A stretch of DNA of 35,409 nt from a virus (taxonomy: Duplodnaviria; Caudoviricetes): positions 1 through 35,409 of the IMG/VR virus record IMGVR_UViG_3300035703_000247. One strand, given 5' to 3'. A program made the position numbers and the translations under genes. The notes under the pieces were generated by a model, which saw only the letters and a program-made list of their open reading frames with translations, was not told the DNA's origin and did no database searches. Shown piece after piece: positions 1 through 7,823 of this stretch. Each line of letters begins with the position of its first letter. Position 1 is the first letter of the stretch.

Positions 1-208
1 GCAGGACAGTGATAGCGTGCCCGGTGGCTGCCTGGGCGGCCATCAGACTGGCAAAGTCTAGGTTGTCACGCATGGCTATCGATGACGCATTGCCGATACG
101 CATAGTCAATGCGTGTGCTGGGTTGAACGGCACCAGCACAATCCAAGGCGGTAGCTGCGGAAGCAGCTCATCCAAAGATATCGAATTCACTGTTTGCCAC
201 CGTCTGGG
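1..208. repeat. Terminal direct repeat, copy 1 (overlap of a circular or permuted phage contig)
   Basis: 1-208 matches 35202-35409 except C128 vs T35329. Joining the ends places terL directly next to the following GNAT-like gene. Confidence 0.95.
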
Positions 209-1727
209 CAATGAAGGGGGTGCTGTTGGGCTTGGCGTTGCCCCGGATCATGCGGTTGTATTCCCCGCCACCGAGCATCAGGTAGCCGAATGAGTCGCCA
301 ATGTGCGAGTGTTCATTCTTATTAGGGGCATCCCTGAAGCGTTCCTGGCCCGCACCGACGGCTACACGCTTAAAATGGTACCCGCCGCCTAGGGCCTTGC
401 GGAGGAGCTTGCATTCTCTGTTAACAATCAGGCCGGGTTTACCCTGAATCAGGCGCTGCATGGGAGCTGCCGCAGCTTCCCGGCGCACTTTGAAGTCGTT
501 GGAGGCCGTAGGCTGCGCCCGCAGGCCCAAGGTCTTGAGGAACTCAAAGGCTGTGACCTCATAAATAGCGTCCCTGGCCTGCCCAGCGGGGTCACCCCAG
601 ACCAGAACTTGGTGATTGGGGTAGCGTTGATTCAGTTCTGCCAGCAGTTGCAGGCCAAAACGCTCCAGCCCCATGTCAAAAGTCACAATTTCTTGGTGAA
701 TTTGCCACTGGCCGTTAGGCATACGCTGCCCGATGGTGGCCGCAGGGGTCAAACCGAAGTCCAGACCGAGCTGAATGGGCACTGTAGGGTCTACTACAGT
801 GTCTCCAGACATGGTGGCATCGTCATATTCCGGCCAGACAGGTCGGCCTTCCTGCACATAGGTGTACAGACCCCCGGCATAGCAGCGAATCCAGTCCAGA
901 TTCTTGCCCAGCAGCATCTGCGGGTAGTAGCCAGCGGGCAGATTGTTGATGTTCTCGGCCTTGGGGTTGACCTTCCACCACTTGCCAGCCGAGAAGATAT
1001 GGTCATTGGCCTCTGGGTTCTCGGGCAGCAGGTCAGGATCAGCCTCAATCACGCCCCCAGGCTGCTTCCAGAACTTCCAGGCATACGGCCCGGTCATCTT
1101 TTCCTTCTCAGCCATTTTGTGCCACCAGTGGTCATCATCCATGGGGTTGGTATCCATCCAGATGCCGTGCCAAGTAGCCCCGCCATCACGCTTGGTGGGG
1201 TAGCGTCCCACCCGGTGCGTGAGGCCGTCTATGACCGCTTTAGGCAGCTCCCTGGCCTCGTTGACCCAGGCACCAGTCAGCTCCAAAGAAAGCAGCTTGC
1301 GAACGTCCTTGGGCTGGTCTAGGGCCAGGAAGATGACCTCGCAGTCAATGCCAGCAGCCCCATCACGGGCAGGCAGACGGATATGGTGGGTGATAGGCGG
1401 TGTCCAGAGCATGGGGCCAAAGGTGCTCTCTGGGAACAGATCCAGCCATGTTTTGATGGTGGTGGTCTTCAGCATGGGATAGCTGTTACGCACCACTGCC
1501 CAGCGGGTGTATCGGATATTGTCTACAGGACTGGGCTTTTGCTTGACGGCCTTGATGAAGATCTTGCTGGCGCAGCCGTAGGACTTGCCGCTCCCCACAG
1601 GCCCCATGATGCCCTGCACAAAGGCATTGGACTGGATGAAGTCATAGATGGTCGGTGACTTGCTGAAGTCCAGCCGCAGACCCCCTGTGGCCACCGCTTT
1701 GTCAGACTGCTCTTTAGTTCTTGCCAT
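168..1727 (-). CDS. terL: Terminase large subunit
   Basis: 519 aa. Walker A GPVGSGKS, Walker B-like WVNEARE, motif III DTNP, RNase H-like nuclease GLDFG...HIGDSFGY. Confidence 0.95.
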   Translation of the reverse strand: MARTKEQSDKAVATGGLRLDFSKSPTIYDFIQSNAFVQGIMGPVGSGKSYGCASKIFIKAVKQKPSPVDNIRYTRWAVVRNSYPMLKTTTIKTWLDLFPESTFGPMLWTPPITHHIRLPARDGAAGIDCEVIFLALDQPKDVRKLLSLELTGAWVNEARELPKAVIDGLTHRVGRYPTKRDGGATWHGIWMDTNPMDDDHWWHKMAEKEKMTGPYAWKFWKQPGGVIEADPDLLPENPEANDHIFSAGKWWKVNPKAENINNLPAGYYPQMLLGKNLDWIRCYAGGLYTYVQEGRPVWPEYDDATMSGDTVVDPTVPIQLGLDFGLTPAATIGQRMPNGQWQIHQEIVTFDMGLERFGLQLLAELNQRYPNHQVLVWGDPAGQARDAIYEVTAFEFLKTLGLRAQPTASNDFKVRREAAAAPMQRLIQGKPGLIVNRECKLLRKALGGGYHFKRVAVGAGQERFRDAPNKNEHSHIGDSFGYLMLGGGEYNRMIRGNAKPNSTPFIAQTVANSEFDIFG

Positions 1728-1971
1728 TGCTTCTCGCCTTTGTGAAAACGTGGAAATGCCTGGGGTCTAGCACGCGCATGGAGACCTTGTTTGACAGCCC
1801 ATGCACCGTGGACAAGTCCTTGCCCTGCTCCCGCTTGTTGTTAATAGACTGGCTAGAGCTTTCCGACGACAGCAATGACTTGGTCAGATCAGACCAGTCA
1901 ATCATCCTGGGGCGGTCAGGATTGCGCCAGTGGAAGGCGCTCAAGGGATGGCACTTGCAGGTGTACTTCAT
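1714..1971 (-). CDS. Hypothetical protein
   Basis: 85 aa ORF overlapping both neighbours in the same operon. Confidence 0.6.
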   Translation of the reverse strand: MKYTCKCHPLSAFHWRNPDRPRMIDWSDLTKSLLSSESSSQSINNKREQGKDLSTVHGLSNKVSMRVLDPRHFHVFTKARSNGKN

Positions 1972-2186
1972 CGGTTGGGGCAGTCTCGGCCTTGCCGACA
2001 GTGGTTGTTGCAGGGCGGGCAGATGTTCTGCATGGACAGCAGCACAGAGGCCTTCTGGCGCACCTCCTGGCTCACCGCGTGACCCAGGTCTTCAGGGTCG
2101 AGCAGGCGCAGCAGGAAGCTCCGCAGGGCCACGTTGTGCGCTGCAATACGCTCGGCAGCAGCGCGTAGGGTTTCGATGTCGGTCAT
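1968..2186 (-). CDS. Hypothetical protein with Cys-rich C-terminus (CPPCNNHCRQGRDCP)
   Basis: 72 aa, GGAGG SD, 4-nt overlaps with neighbours. Confidence 0.7.
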   Translation of the reverse strand: MTDIETLRAAAERIAAHNVALRSFLLRLLDPEDLGHAVSQEVRQKASVLLSMQNICPPCNNHCRQGRDCPNR

Positions 2187-2608
2187 TGTTTACCTCCTAT
2201 TGCGTGGGCGCGCTCGACGGCGCGAGCTGCGTTTTCAATCGCTATCCACAGCGGTTTGTTCCGATCGCATCCCGTGGCTTGCTCAATCTCCTCCTCCGTC
2301 AGCGGCTGGCGCTGGGGCGGGGCGGTGTAGAGGGGGATGACCGTTTCGGTCGGATTGACAGCTTCAGGCTTGAGTCTTGAAAAGTCCTCGCTTCCAAATT
2401 GCGAGTCGTGGATGAGATAGCCAAGCGGCTCCTGCCGCTCTTGCTGGGGCGGGGCGATAAATCGGTCGCCTCCGCAGTATTCACACACCGGCTCCTGCTG
2501 CTCGGCCTGCTCAATGGCGCTGCGAAGACATTTAACGATGTCCTCTTGACCCACTACGCCGCCCATCTCAATCAGATCAACGACTGCTTTGATTGCGTCG
2601 AGGCTCAT
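2183..2608 (-). CDS. Phage accessory protein with QEPV...PLYTAPPQRQPLTEEEI modules
   Basis: 141 aa. The motif is typical of modular accessory proteins in proteobacterial phages. ATGA overlaps. Confidence 0.7.
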   Translation of the reverse strand: MSLDAIKAVVDLIEMGGVVGQEDIVKCLRSAIEQAEQQEPVCEYCGGDRFIAPPQQERQEPLGYLIHDSQFGSEDFSRLKPEAVNPTETVIPLYTAPPQRQPLTEEEIEQATGCDRNKPLWIAIENAARAVERAHAIGGKQ

Positions 2609-3036
2609 TCTGTTTCTCCTCTATCTGGTGCGACCACGTTCACATCAATCACGCTGGGTTTCTCGCTGCCGTCATCAGGATTGTCCAGCAGGCCACTAGC
2701 CTTGGCCAGCAGACGCAGCAGAGCAACCTTGTCATACAGCTCAATCTCCAGATATGAGTTGCCATCCTTGTCCACCCTGGCATTGATCTTCTTGATCGAA
2801 GCCAAAGCGTGTTCAGGAATCTGGCTGGCACTCTTGACCTTGAGCCTGCCATCCTCATCCCAGGTCGCTATATGCGTAATGTTCGTCATGGCCATAGACA
2901 CCATCTGATACGCAATAGCCTCCCGGTTGCCAGTAATCGTGGCACTGCGCTCCATCCGTCTCTGGACAGAACGCACACCACCCCAGTTCTTCAGACTAGG
3001 AATCTGCTCAGAGATCTGCGACTTAGTTCTTGCCAT
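2605..3036 (-). CDS. terS: Terminase small subunit
   Basis: 143 aa. The pattern ITHIATWDEDG...IKKI...EIELYDKVALLRLLAK resembles the C-terminal region of Terminase_2-type TerS. Lies upstream of terL. Confidence 0.75.
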   Translation of the reverse strand: MARTKSQISEQIPSLKNWGGVRSVQRRMERSATITGNREAIAYQMVSMAMTNITHIATWDEDGRLKVKSASQIPEHALASIKKINARVDKDGNSYLEIELYDKVALLRLLAKASGLLDNPDDGSEKPSVIDVNVVAPDRGETE

Positions 3037-3223
3037 CGCCAGCCTTGGGTGCGCGGGTCAGCTCGACCAGCGGGTAAGAAACCGCCACCCCCATACGCTG
3101 GTAGGCGAACTCCTTAAGTTGGCCAAGGATCAGCGTCTCAAGCGTATCAAGCAGCTTCTCCTCATCAACGTCCGCAAGGCTTGCCAGCTCAAAGCGAATT
3201 GATACTTTGTATTCATTGACCAT
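3023..3223 (-). CDS. Hypothetical protein
   Basis: Start reassigned to MVNEY, which follows a GGAGG SD. Confidence 0.6.
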   Translation of the reverse strand: MVNEYKVSIRFELASLADVDEEKLLDTLETLILGQLKEFAYQRMGVAVSYPLVELTRAPKAGDGKN

Positions 3224-3416
3224 GATTTCCTCCATCTCTCGCCTTCAGCATGGCATCAGCCATCTGATATGCGTGCTCTGCAGCAACGTCATACCCCTCA
3301 GGCTCATCATCCCTGGGCCAGTCCCTATCAAGCGCAGAGAACCCCGCACACAGCCCCTGCAAGGCAGCAGCAGCAAAGTAGTCCCTCAGGGTCATCTCAC
3401 TCAAGCTGTCGCTCAT
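3213..3416 (-). CDS. Conserved phage protein of the MTLRDYFAA...AY.MADAML family
   Basis: Recognisable motif MTLRDYFAAAALQGL...AYQMADAMLKAR. Confidence 0.8.
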   Translation of the reverse strand: MSDSLSEMTLRDYFAAAALQGLCAGFSALDRDWPRDDEPEGYDVAAEHAYQMADAMLKARDGGNHGQ

Positions 3417-3424
3417 AGCAGCTC

Positions 3425-3700
3425 CTAGAAGGGGATATCGTCATCAAGGCGATCACGCTGAGGCTGGTAGCCGTTGCCCTTGGCCTCATTGTGCGCGTCT
3501 ACAGGCCTAGGCTGTATCGCCTTGCCAATCTTCACCGACACCCAAGGCTCACCAGCCTGCGTCTTCTTAGGCGTAATGTCCAAGTAATGCACGCTCCCAT
3601 CAGGCAACATTACCTTACCCCGATAAGCAGGATGCCAATCCTCAGTCTTATCCTTGTTCTTAAAAGCACTGCCCTGCCCAGGTTTCATCTCATAAGCCAT
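3425..3700 (-). CDS. Putative single-stranded DNA-binding protein
   Basis: 91 aa beta-rich protein (FKNKDK...HPAYRG) ending in the SSB-type acidic tail DDDIPF. AGGAG SD. Confidence 0.7.
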   Translation of the reverse strand: MAYEMKPGQGSAFKNKDKTEDWHPAYRGKVMLPDGSVHYLDITPKKTQAGEPWVSVKIGKAIQPRPVDAHNEAKGNGYQPQRDRLDDDIPF

Positions 3701-4018
3701 AACTCACTCCTTTGAAAAGTTAACAAATACCCTTGCCATGAAATAGGGGGGAAAAATTCAGTCAAGCACCCCCAGCGCTAGGTGAGGGGTGGGGGGAGGG
3801 ATATACCCCTTTGCGGTTACATACCCCATCGCAGCCATCCATACCCTACCCCCCTTGCTTTGCGCTGTCATACCACCCCCACCCCCCGTCTACCCGTCAC
3901 AAACCCAAACGTTCGTTAGGGTCTGTTACGCCATCTGATCCTAGGCCCTACAAGGCGCTGGAAGGGTGACTGGCTACCCATGCCTAGGCCCCCTCCCGTT
4001 CGCGTCTCCTGGGGCCTT
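3701..4018. other. Non-coding G/C-tract region, candidate packaging (pac) or terminus region
   Basis: No credible ORF. Homopolymeric G and C runs and repeated (A)TACCC, upstream of the terS-containing operon. Confidence 0.4.
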
Positions 4019-4909
4019 CTAGGTGCCTTCCTGATGCCTTGGCATCTTGGTGAACATCCGATGCAGCTCAAGCACGCCAGTCCGCAGGTGTTCGGGCCTG
4101 GGCGTCATGCCCTCGGCTGCGTACGCATCCATCAGGTCTTTAAAACAATCCTCAATCTCAACCAAAGTTAAACCTTCATCTTTTAATCTTTTAACATCCT
4201 CTAAGGTTAACCTAATACCTGTGTTCTCTGTGTTCGGCGCAACTGTAGGCTGACCAATGGGTTGCCTATGAGCGCTCACTTCTGCAATGTTATCCACAGG
4301 CTCATTCGCTACTGTAGGCTGACCATTGGTGCGCTTGGCTTGGCCTCTCTTGTTGGCCTCCTTGATGGCTCTGACCGTGCGGCTCTCTCCTGGCTTTGAC
4401 ATCGCTGCTTCCTTTCTCTGATTACCTTGGTTAAATGCCTGTGCGATTAGCTTGGCAATACGTTGCTGACCTAATGGGTCTATTTCATCGTCTTTCATAG
4501 ATGGTGGCCTTGTGTCTTCCTTTGTTGATGTGATGGCTATGGCTGTGTCTACGTCAACAGTCTTGTCATAGATTACCCTCACGGTGTTTGAGCGCTCGCC
4601 TCGCCAACCCTTTTTGACAATCTCAATGTATCCCTGATCTCTGAGCTGCTTGAACTGGTTGCTAATGGCTTGCCTGCTTACTCCCATATCCTTGGCCAGC
4701 CTTGCATGGCTTACCCATGTAACCCCTGCTCTGTTGCAGTAGCTGCACACCAGCGCCAGCACTCGCATGGCTCCGTCCGTCAGGCTCTGGTCTGTGATGG
4801 CCTTCAGTGGCACCACAGCCAGCTTCCTCGCATCCGGTTCAGGCTCACGCTGGCTGACCTTGGGCTTGCGCTTGGGCAGCTTGATGACCGTCTCAGGCAA
4901 CGCGCTCAT
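4019..4909 (-). CDS. Replication initiator protein (N-terminal winged HTH)
   Basis: 296 aa. LTDGAMRVLALVCSY...WVSHARLAKDMGVSRQAISNQFKQLRDQGYI is an HTH_36-like domain. Internal DNA repeats and a DnaA box. Confidence 0.8.
   Translation of the reverse strand: MSALPETVIKLPKRKPKVSQREPEPDARKLAVVPLKAITDQSLTDGAMRVLALVCSYCNRAGVTWVSHARLAKDMGVSRQAISNQFKQLRDQGYIEIVKKGWRGERSNTVRVIYDKTVDVDTAIAITSTKEDTRPPSMKDDEIDPLGQQRIAKLIAQAFNQGNQRKEAAMSKPGESRTVRAIKEANKRGQAKRTNGQPTVANEPVDNIAEVSAHRQPIGQPTVAPNTENTGIRLTLEDVKRLKDEGLTLVEIEDCFKDLMDAYAAEGMTPRPEHLRTGVLELHRMFTKMPRHQEGT
4138..4329. promoter_or_regulatory. Putative replication origin inside the initiator gene
   Basis: Exact repeat ACTGTAGGCTGACCA at 4242-4256 and 4311-4325, DnaA box TTATCCACA at 4290-4298, AT-rich tract at ~4138-4217. 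Confidence 0.7.
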
Positions 4910-5123
4910 TCCTGCGGATCTCTCTCATGTACTGCCGTATGCGCTCCTCTGCGCCCTGCCCGTAGACCTTGTCCATCCTGGCCAGCATCTTGTCGATGGC
5001 TTCCTTGTCCTGGTTCGCCTCCCAGGTGGTGAGCAGCTCCCTGGCAGCAGCCATCTCCAGCACCCTGCGCTCGGGCAGCACGCCCTTGTGCTTGGGATAC
5101 CAAGGCTTCCATGGGCGCTTCAC
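4893..5123 (-). CDS. Hypothetical protein (MKRPWKPWYPK...)
   Basis: GTG start overlaps the upstream stop (GTGA). This is the C-terminal part of track ORF 4893..5372. Confidence 0.65.
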   Translation of the reverse strand: MKRPWKPWYPKHKGVLPERRVLEMAAARELLTTWEANQDKEAIDKMLARMDKVYGQGAEERIRQYMREIRRNERVA

Positions 5124-5332
5124 TTCTTGGCCTCCCTCTTGGCTTGTAGCTGCAGCTCCTTGGCCAACACCTTGCGCCCGAGCTGGGTCACCACGCTGCC
5201 AGCATCCACCAGCCCACGGCGGCGCAGTGACCAGTACGTCACCCAGCTCCCAGGCTTGTCGTTGACCAGCTTGAACTTCCAGCCCATGGCGAAGTGCTTG
5301 AGCATGAAGACCTGATGCGGTGACAGGCTCAT
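5120..5332 (-). CDS. Hypothetical protein, possible small winged helix
   Basis: 70 aa with coupled overlaps; SLRRRGLV...VTQLGRKVL. Confidence 0.65.
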   Translation of the reverse strand: MSLSPHQVFMLKHFAMGWKFKLVNDKPGSWVTYWSLRRRGLVDAGSVVTQLGRKVLAKELQLQAKREAKK

Positions 5333-5553
5333 GCGTAACCGTCCAAAATGAACTTGGCCTTTGCCTCCTCAAGGGCGCCGATAACCATGAGCCGGTCGGA
5401 TGCTGTCGAGGACTTGATCTTGAACTGGCCTTTGTCCTTCCAGAAGCAAAGCACGATCACCGTGTCTGGCTGTTCGTCAATGGCTTCGTTCAGGATGATC
5501 TTAGCCTGCACCTTGTGGTGGTCTGGAATCGTCGCTGTCTTAAGTTTGCTCAT
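5329..5553 (-). CDS. Hypothetical protein (MSKLKTATIP...)
   Basis: Start reassigned to the ATG overlapping the upstream stop. Confidence 0.65.
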   Translation of the reverse strand: MSKLKTATIPDHHKVQAKIILNEAIDEQPDTVIVLCFWKDKGQFKIKSSTASDRLMVIGALEEAKAKFILDGYA

Positions 5554-5993
5554 GCTTTTGCCTCTCGTCTGGCCTGCCGCTGCTGCCAGCTGTAGTGCTG
5601 CCAAGTGGTCACCTCGCAGTCCATGTGCCACAGCTCGGCCCCAGTGACTGACTTCTGCCGGGTTCTGGCTTTCCTCATGGCCTTCATGTAGATCTGGCGC
5701 ACCCGCTCCTTGGTGCAGCCAAGCTCCTGTGCGACCTCTTCCAAGGTGCATCCATCCATCACGATCAGACGCACTACAAGGTCTTCCCGGTCGGTGAAGC
5801 AGATGGTCTCCAACAGCTTGATGACCAGCTCACGCTGCTCTACCTGCTCAAGGTCATCCTGCATCTCGAATGACCAGCGCCATGAGGGCAGCTCTGGCAG
5901 CTCCTCATCTCGGCTGTACCAGATGCGCTTGACCTCGCTGGGCAGCGAGGCTGTCTGCAGCTTGCCGTAGTAGGGTGATGCGAAGCCGGTCAC
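5550..5993 (-). CDS. Sigma-70 region 4-like HTH transcription regulator
   Basis: TDREDLVVRL...TLEEVAQELGCTKERVRQIYMKAMRK matches the sigma region 4.2 pattern; no region 2 is present. Confidence 0.8.
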   Translation of the reverse strand: MTGFASPYYGKLQTASLPSEVKRIWYSRDEELPELPSWRWSFEMQDDLEQVEQRELVIKLLETICFTDREDLVVRLIVMDGCTLEEVAQELGCTKERVRQIYMKAMRKARTRQKSVTGAELWHMDCEVTTWQHYSWQQRQARREAKA

Positions 5994-6454
5994 GCAATGG
6001 CCCTCGCTCGCTTGGCACGCAGCTCCCTGGCCACGAAGTCCAGCGCCTTCTCTAGCTGGCCCACGGTGCAGGCATCTAGCTGCGCGTCGTGCACCTCCAT
6101 GCCCAGATTCATTGCCGTCAGCTCCAGCCCCGTAAACAGGAAGCGGTCTCGCTCCAAGCCCCGTCTGCTCATGGCCAGCAGTGCGTCCTGGGCAGCTGTG
6201 ATCTCAGCTCGGTAGCCGTCACCCAGCTCTGCAGTAATGGCCAGCGCCTCAGCCACGTTCATGGCTGCGATCAGGATGTCAATGTCATCCCGGCAGCCCG
6301 TTCCTGCGACCATGCTGGTCAGGGCTTGGTGGTTCTTGATCTTGAGCGTAGTGGCCTTGCCGTGCTCTCGCACAGGCGTGAAGCCTCCGAGCACATGGCG
6401 CATGGTGTCCATGATCACGCCCTTGGGCCGGTAGCTACTTCTTTTTCTCATCAT
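5990..6454 (-). CDS. Conserved hypothetical phage protein (MRKRSSYRPK...)
   Basis: ~154 aa ORF in the operon; exact start uncertain (6451-6457). Confidence 0.75.
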   Translation of the reverse strand: MMRKRSSYRPKGVIMDTMRHVLGGFTPVREHGKATTLKIKNHQALTSMVAGTGCRDDIDILIAAMNVAEALAITAELGDGYRAEITAAQDALLAMSRRGLERDRFLFTGLELTAMNLGMEVHDAQLDACTVGQLEKALDFVARELRAKRARAIA

Positions 6455-6545
6455 CACCCCAGATCATTGCAGCCAATGCGACGGCCATCAGCAGCAGAGG
6501 CAAGGCCAGTGCCAGCCCCAGGATCAGCCCGATCAGGAAGCTCAT
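6435..6545 (-). CDS. Small membrane protein, 36 aa (MSFLIGLILGLALALPLLLMAVALAAMIWGDDEKKK)
   Basis: Translated by hand; below the track cutoff. One hydrophobic helix; ATGA coupling. Confidence 0.55.
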   Translation of the reverse strand: MSFLIGLILGLALALPLLLMAVALAAMIWGDDEKKK

Positions 6546-6670
6546 TTACAGATCCCCATGAGGCCAACAATCAGATGCCGGGCAAAGATCACAGACAGAC
6601 ACACAGCAGCCACTGCCAGCACAAAGGCAGCCAGCTTCTCCCAGAAGGTGGGTTCATCATCCTGGTTCAT
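6542..6670 (-). CDS. Small membrane protein, 42 aa (MNQDDEPTFWEKLAAFVLAVAAVCLSVIFARHLIVGLMGICK)
   Basis: Translated by hand. ATGA overlap with the rusA stop; hydrophobic. Confidence 0.55.
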   Translation of the reverse strand: MNQDDEPTFWEKLAAFVLAVAAVCLSVIFARHLIVGLMGICK

Positions 6671-7074
6671 TCCAGCATCTCCTTCACGGTCACCACCAGC
6701 CTCGGCTCCAGGCTGTACTGCTTCTGCACCAGCAGCCTGATCACCTGGGTGTCATCCACGTAGGCCACCCCATTGAGCGCGTCCAACACGCCCTTAGCCA
6801 CGTTGTCCAGGTCTGGCTTGCCAGGGATCTCCTGGCCGTCCAGCGCCCTGGCACGCTTGGCCATAGACCAACTCTTGGGCACGCCCTTGTAGATGTCCAC
6901 CCGCACGCTGACCGGGGTCTCCACCGGGGCGCACGGCATGGCCTCAGACGCACGGCAGGCGATCAGGGTTTCGTAGTCCCTGGTGGCCGTGTCTGTGTAG
7001 GCAAAGCCCCTGCGAGTGAACCGTGGACGGCCCTTGCCGCGAGGCTCTCCAGGCACAGTGAACTGCAGCTCCAT
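6667..7074 (-). CDS. rusA: RusA-family Holliday junction resolvase
   Basis: PRGKGRPRF and KPDLDNVAKGVLDALNGVAYVDDTQV catalytic motifs. Confidence 0.92.
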   Translation of the reverse strand: MELQFTVPGEPRGKGRPRFTRRGFAYTDTATRDYETLIACRASEAMPCAPVETPVSVRVDIYKGVPKSWSMAKRARALDGQEIPGKPDLDNVAKGVLDALNGVAYVDDTQVIRLLVQKQYSLEPRLVVTVKEMLE

Positions 7075-7244
7075 CACAGCAGGCCCGCCTGCCGCAGCGC
7101 GGCCAGGAACTGCTCATAACGCTCTGCCTTCTCCGGCGCTGGCTGCTGGTCAGTGACCGACAGCGCGAGCTGGATCAGCTCCACAGGGATCTGCTGGCCC
7201 TCGCGTGCGATGTCCAGCACCCGGATGGCTTCCTGCATGGTCAC
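7074..7244 (-). CDS. Hypothetical protein
   Basis: GTG/ATG start coupled to the upstream stop (MTMQEAIRVLD...). Confidence 0.6.
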   Translation of the reverse strand: MTMQEAIRVLDIAREGQQIPVELIQLALSVTDQQPAPEKAERYEQFLAALRQAGLL

Positions 7245-7432
7245 TGCTTCACCCCCATCAGGAACCGCTGCAGACGCGGCTCCAGGCCGCCGTAGCGGGG
7301 TTGGAGCTGGTCTCGCACGCACTGGTCAATGATGGCGCTGATGCTGCGGCGCTGGTCTGCGGTGGCCTTGGTCAGCAGCTCCCTGCTGTCAGGGTGCAGC
7401 CTCACCAGGAATGGGATTCTCTTCTGTTGCAT
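7241..7432 (-). CDS. Arc/CopG-like ribbon-helix-helix regulator
   Basis: MQQKRIPFLVRLHPDSRELLTKATADQRRSISAIIDQCV has a beta-strand plus two helices. First gene of the leftward operon. Confidence 0.75.
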   Translation of the reverse strand: MQQKRIPFLVRLHPDSRELLTKATADQRRSISAIIDQCVRDQLQPRYGGLEPRLQRFLMGVKQ

Positions 7433-7441
7433 GGGCCTGCT

Positions 7442-7460
7442 CGGTATCGTGGCGATAGCG
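7442..7460. promoter_or_regulatory. Candidate operator, inverted repeat CGGTATCG-tgg-CGATAGCG
   Basis: 7/8 inverted match just upstream of the RHH gene. The related palindrome CGATATCG lies at 7540-7547. Confidence 0.5.
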
Positions 7461-7532
7461 CAGGAGTCTACACGCATCTAGGGGTAGGCTGGGCATTAGG
7501 GTTTGTCCTAGTGTTTTTCTTGGTCTTGCCTG

Positions 7533-7560
7533 TTGACACCGATATCGCTTGTGCTACAGT
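7533..7560 (+). promoter_or_regulatory. Sigma-70 promoter of the rightward early operon
   Basis: TTGACA-16 nt-TACAGT with an extended -10 TG. AAGGAG SD precedes the ATG at 7604. Confidence 0.7.
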
Positions 7561-7603
7561 ACACCCATCGCAACCGAGCAGATAAAGCTCACAAGGAGAG
7601 ACG

Positions 7604-7822
7604 ATGACCACCGACCAGCAACTTGAAGCCCGTGATGCCCGCCGCCATGCAGCCCAGGCTCGTGCGGAAGTTCGCCGCGAGAAGCGCGAAGCAATTGCCG
7701 AGAAGATGATCGGAGAACTGTCATCTGGTCGGTTCTATGTCTGGCCTGTTGGCGGCAAGTATCGTGAAGCGGCCGCCCAGTATGAGCTGGTGCAGTACCT
7801 GCTCCGCAACAAATACGCTTGA
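7604..7822 (+). CDS. Hypothetical protein
   Basis: 72 aa, strong SD, first gene after the promoter. Confidence 0.75.
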   Translation: MTTDQQLEARDARRHAAQARAEVRREKREAIAEKMIGELSSGRFYVWPVGGKYREAAAQYELVQYLLRNKYA

Positions 7823-7823
7823 T

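Noticed and set aside
4893-5751. Track ORFs 4893-5372 and 5329-5751 at full length
   Set aside because: Their N-terminal extensions overlap other coupled genes. The shorter starts at 5123 and 5553 fit stop-start coupling.
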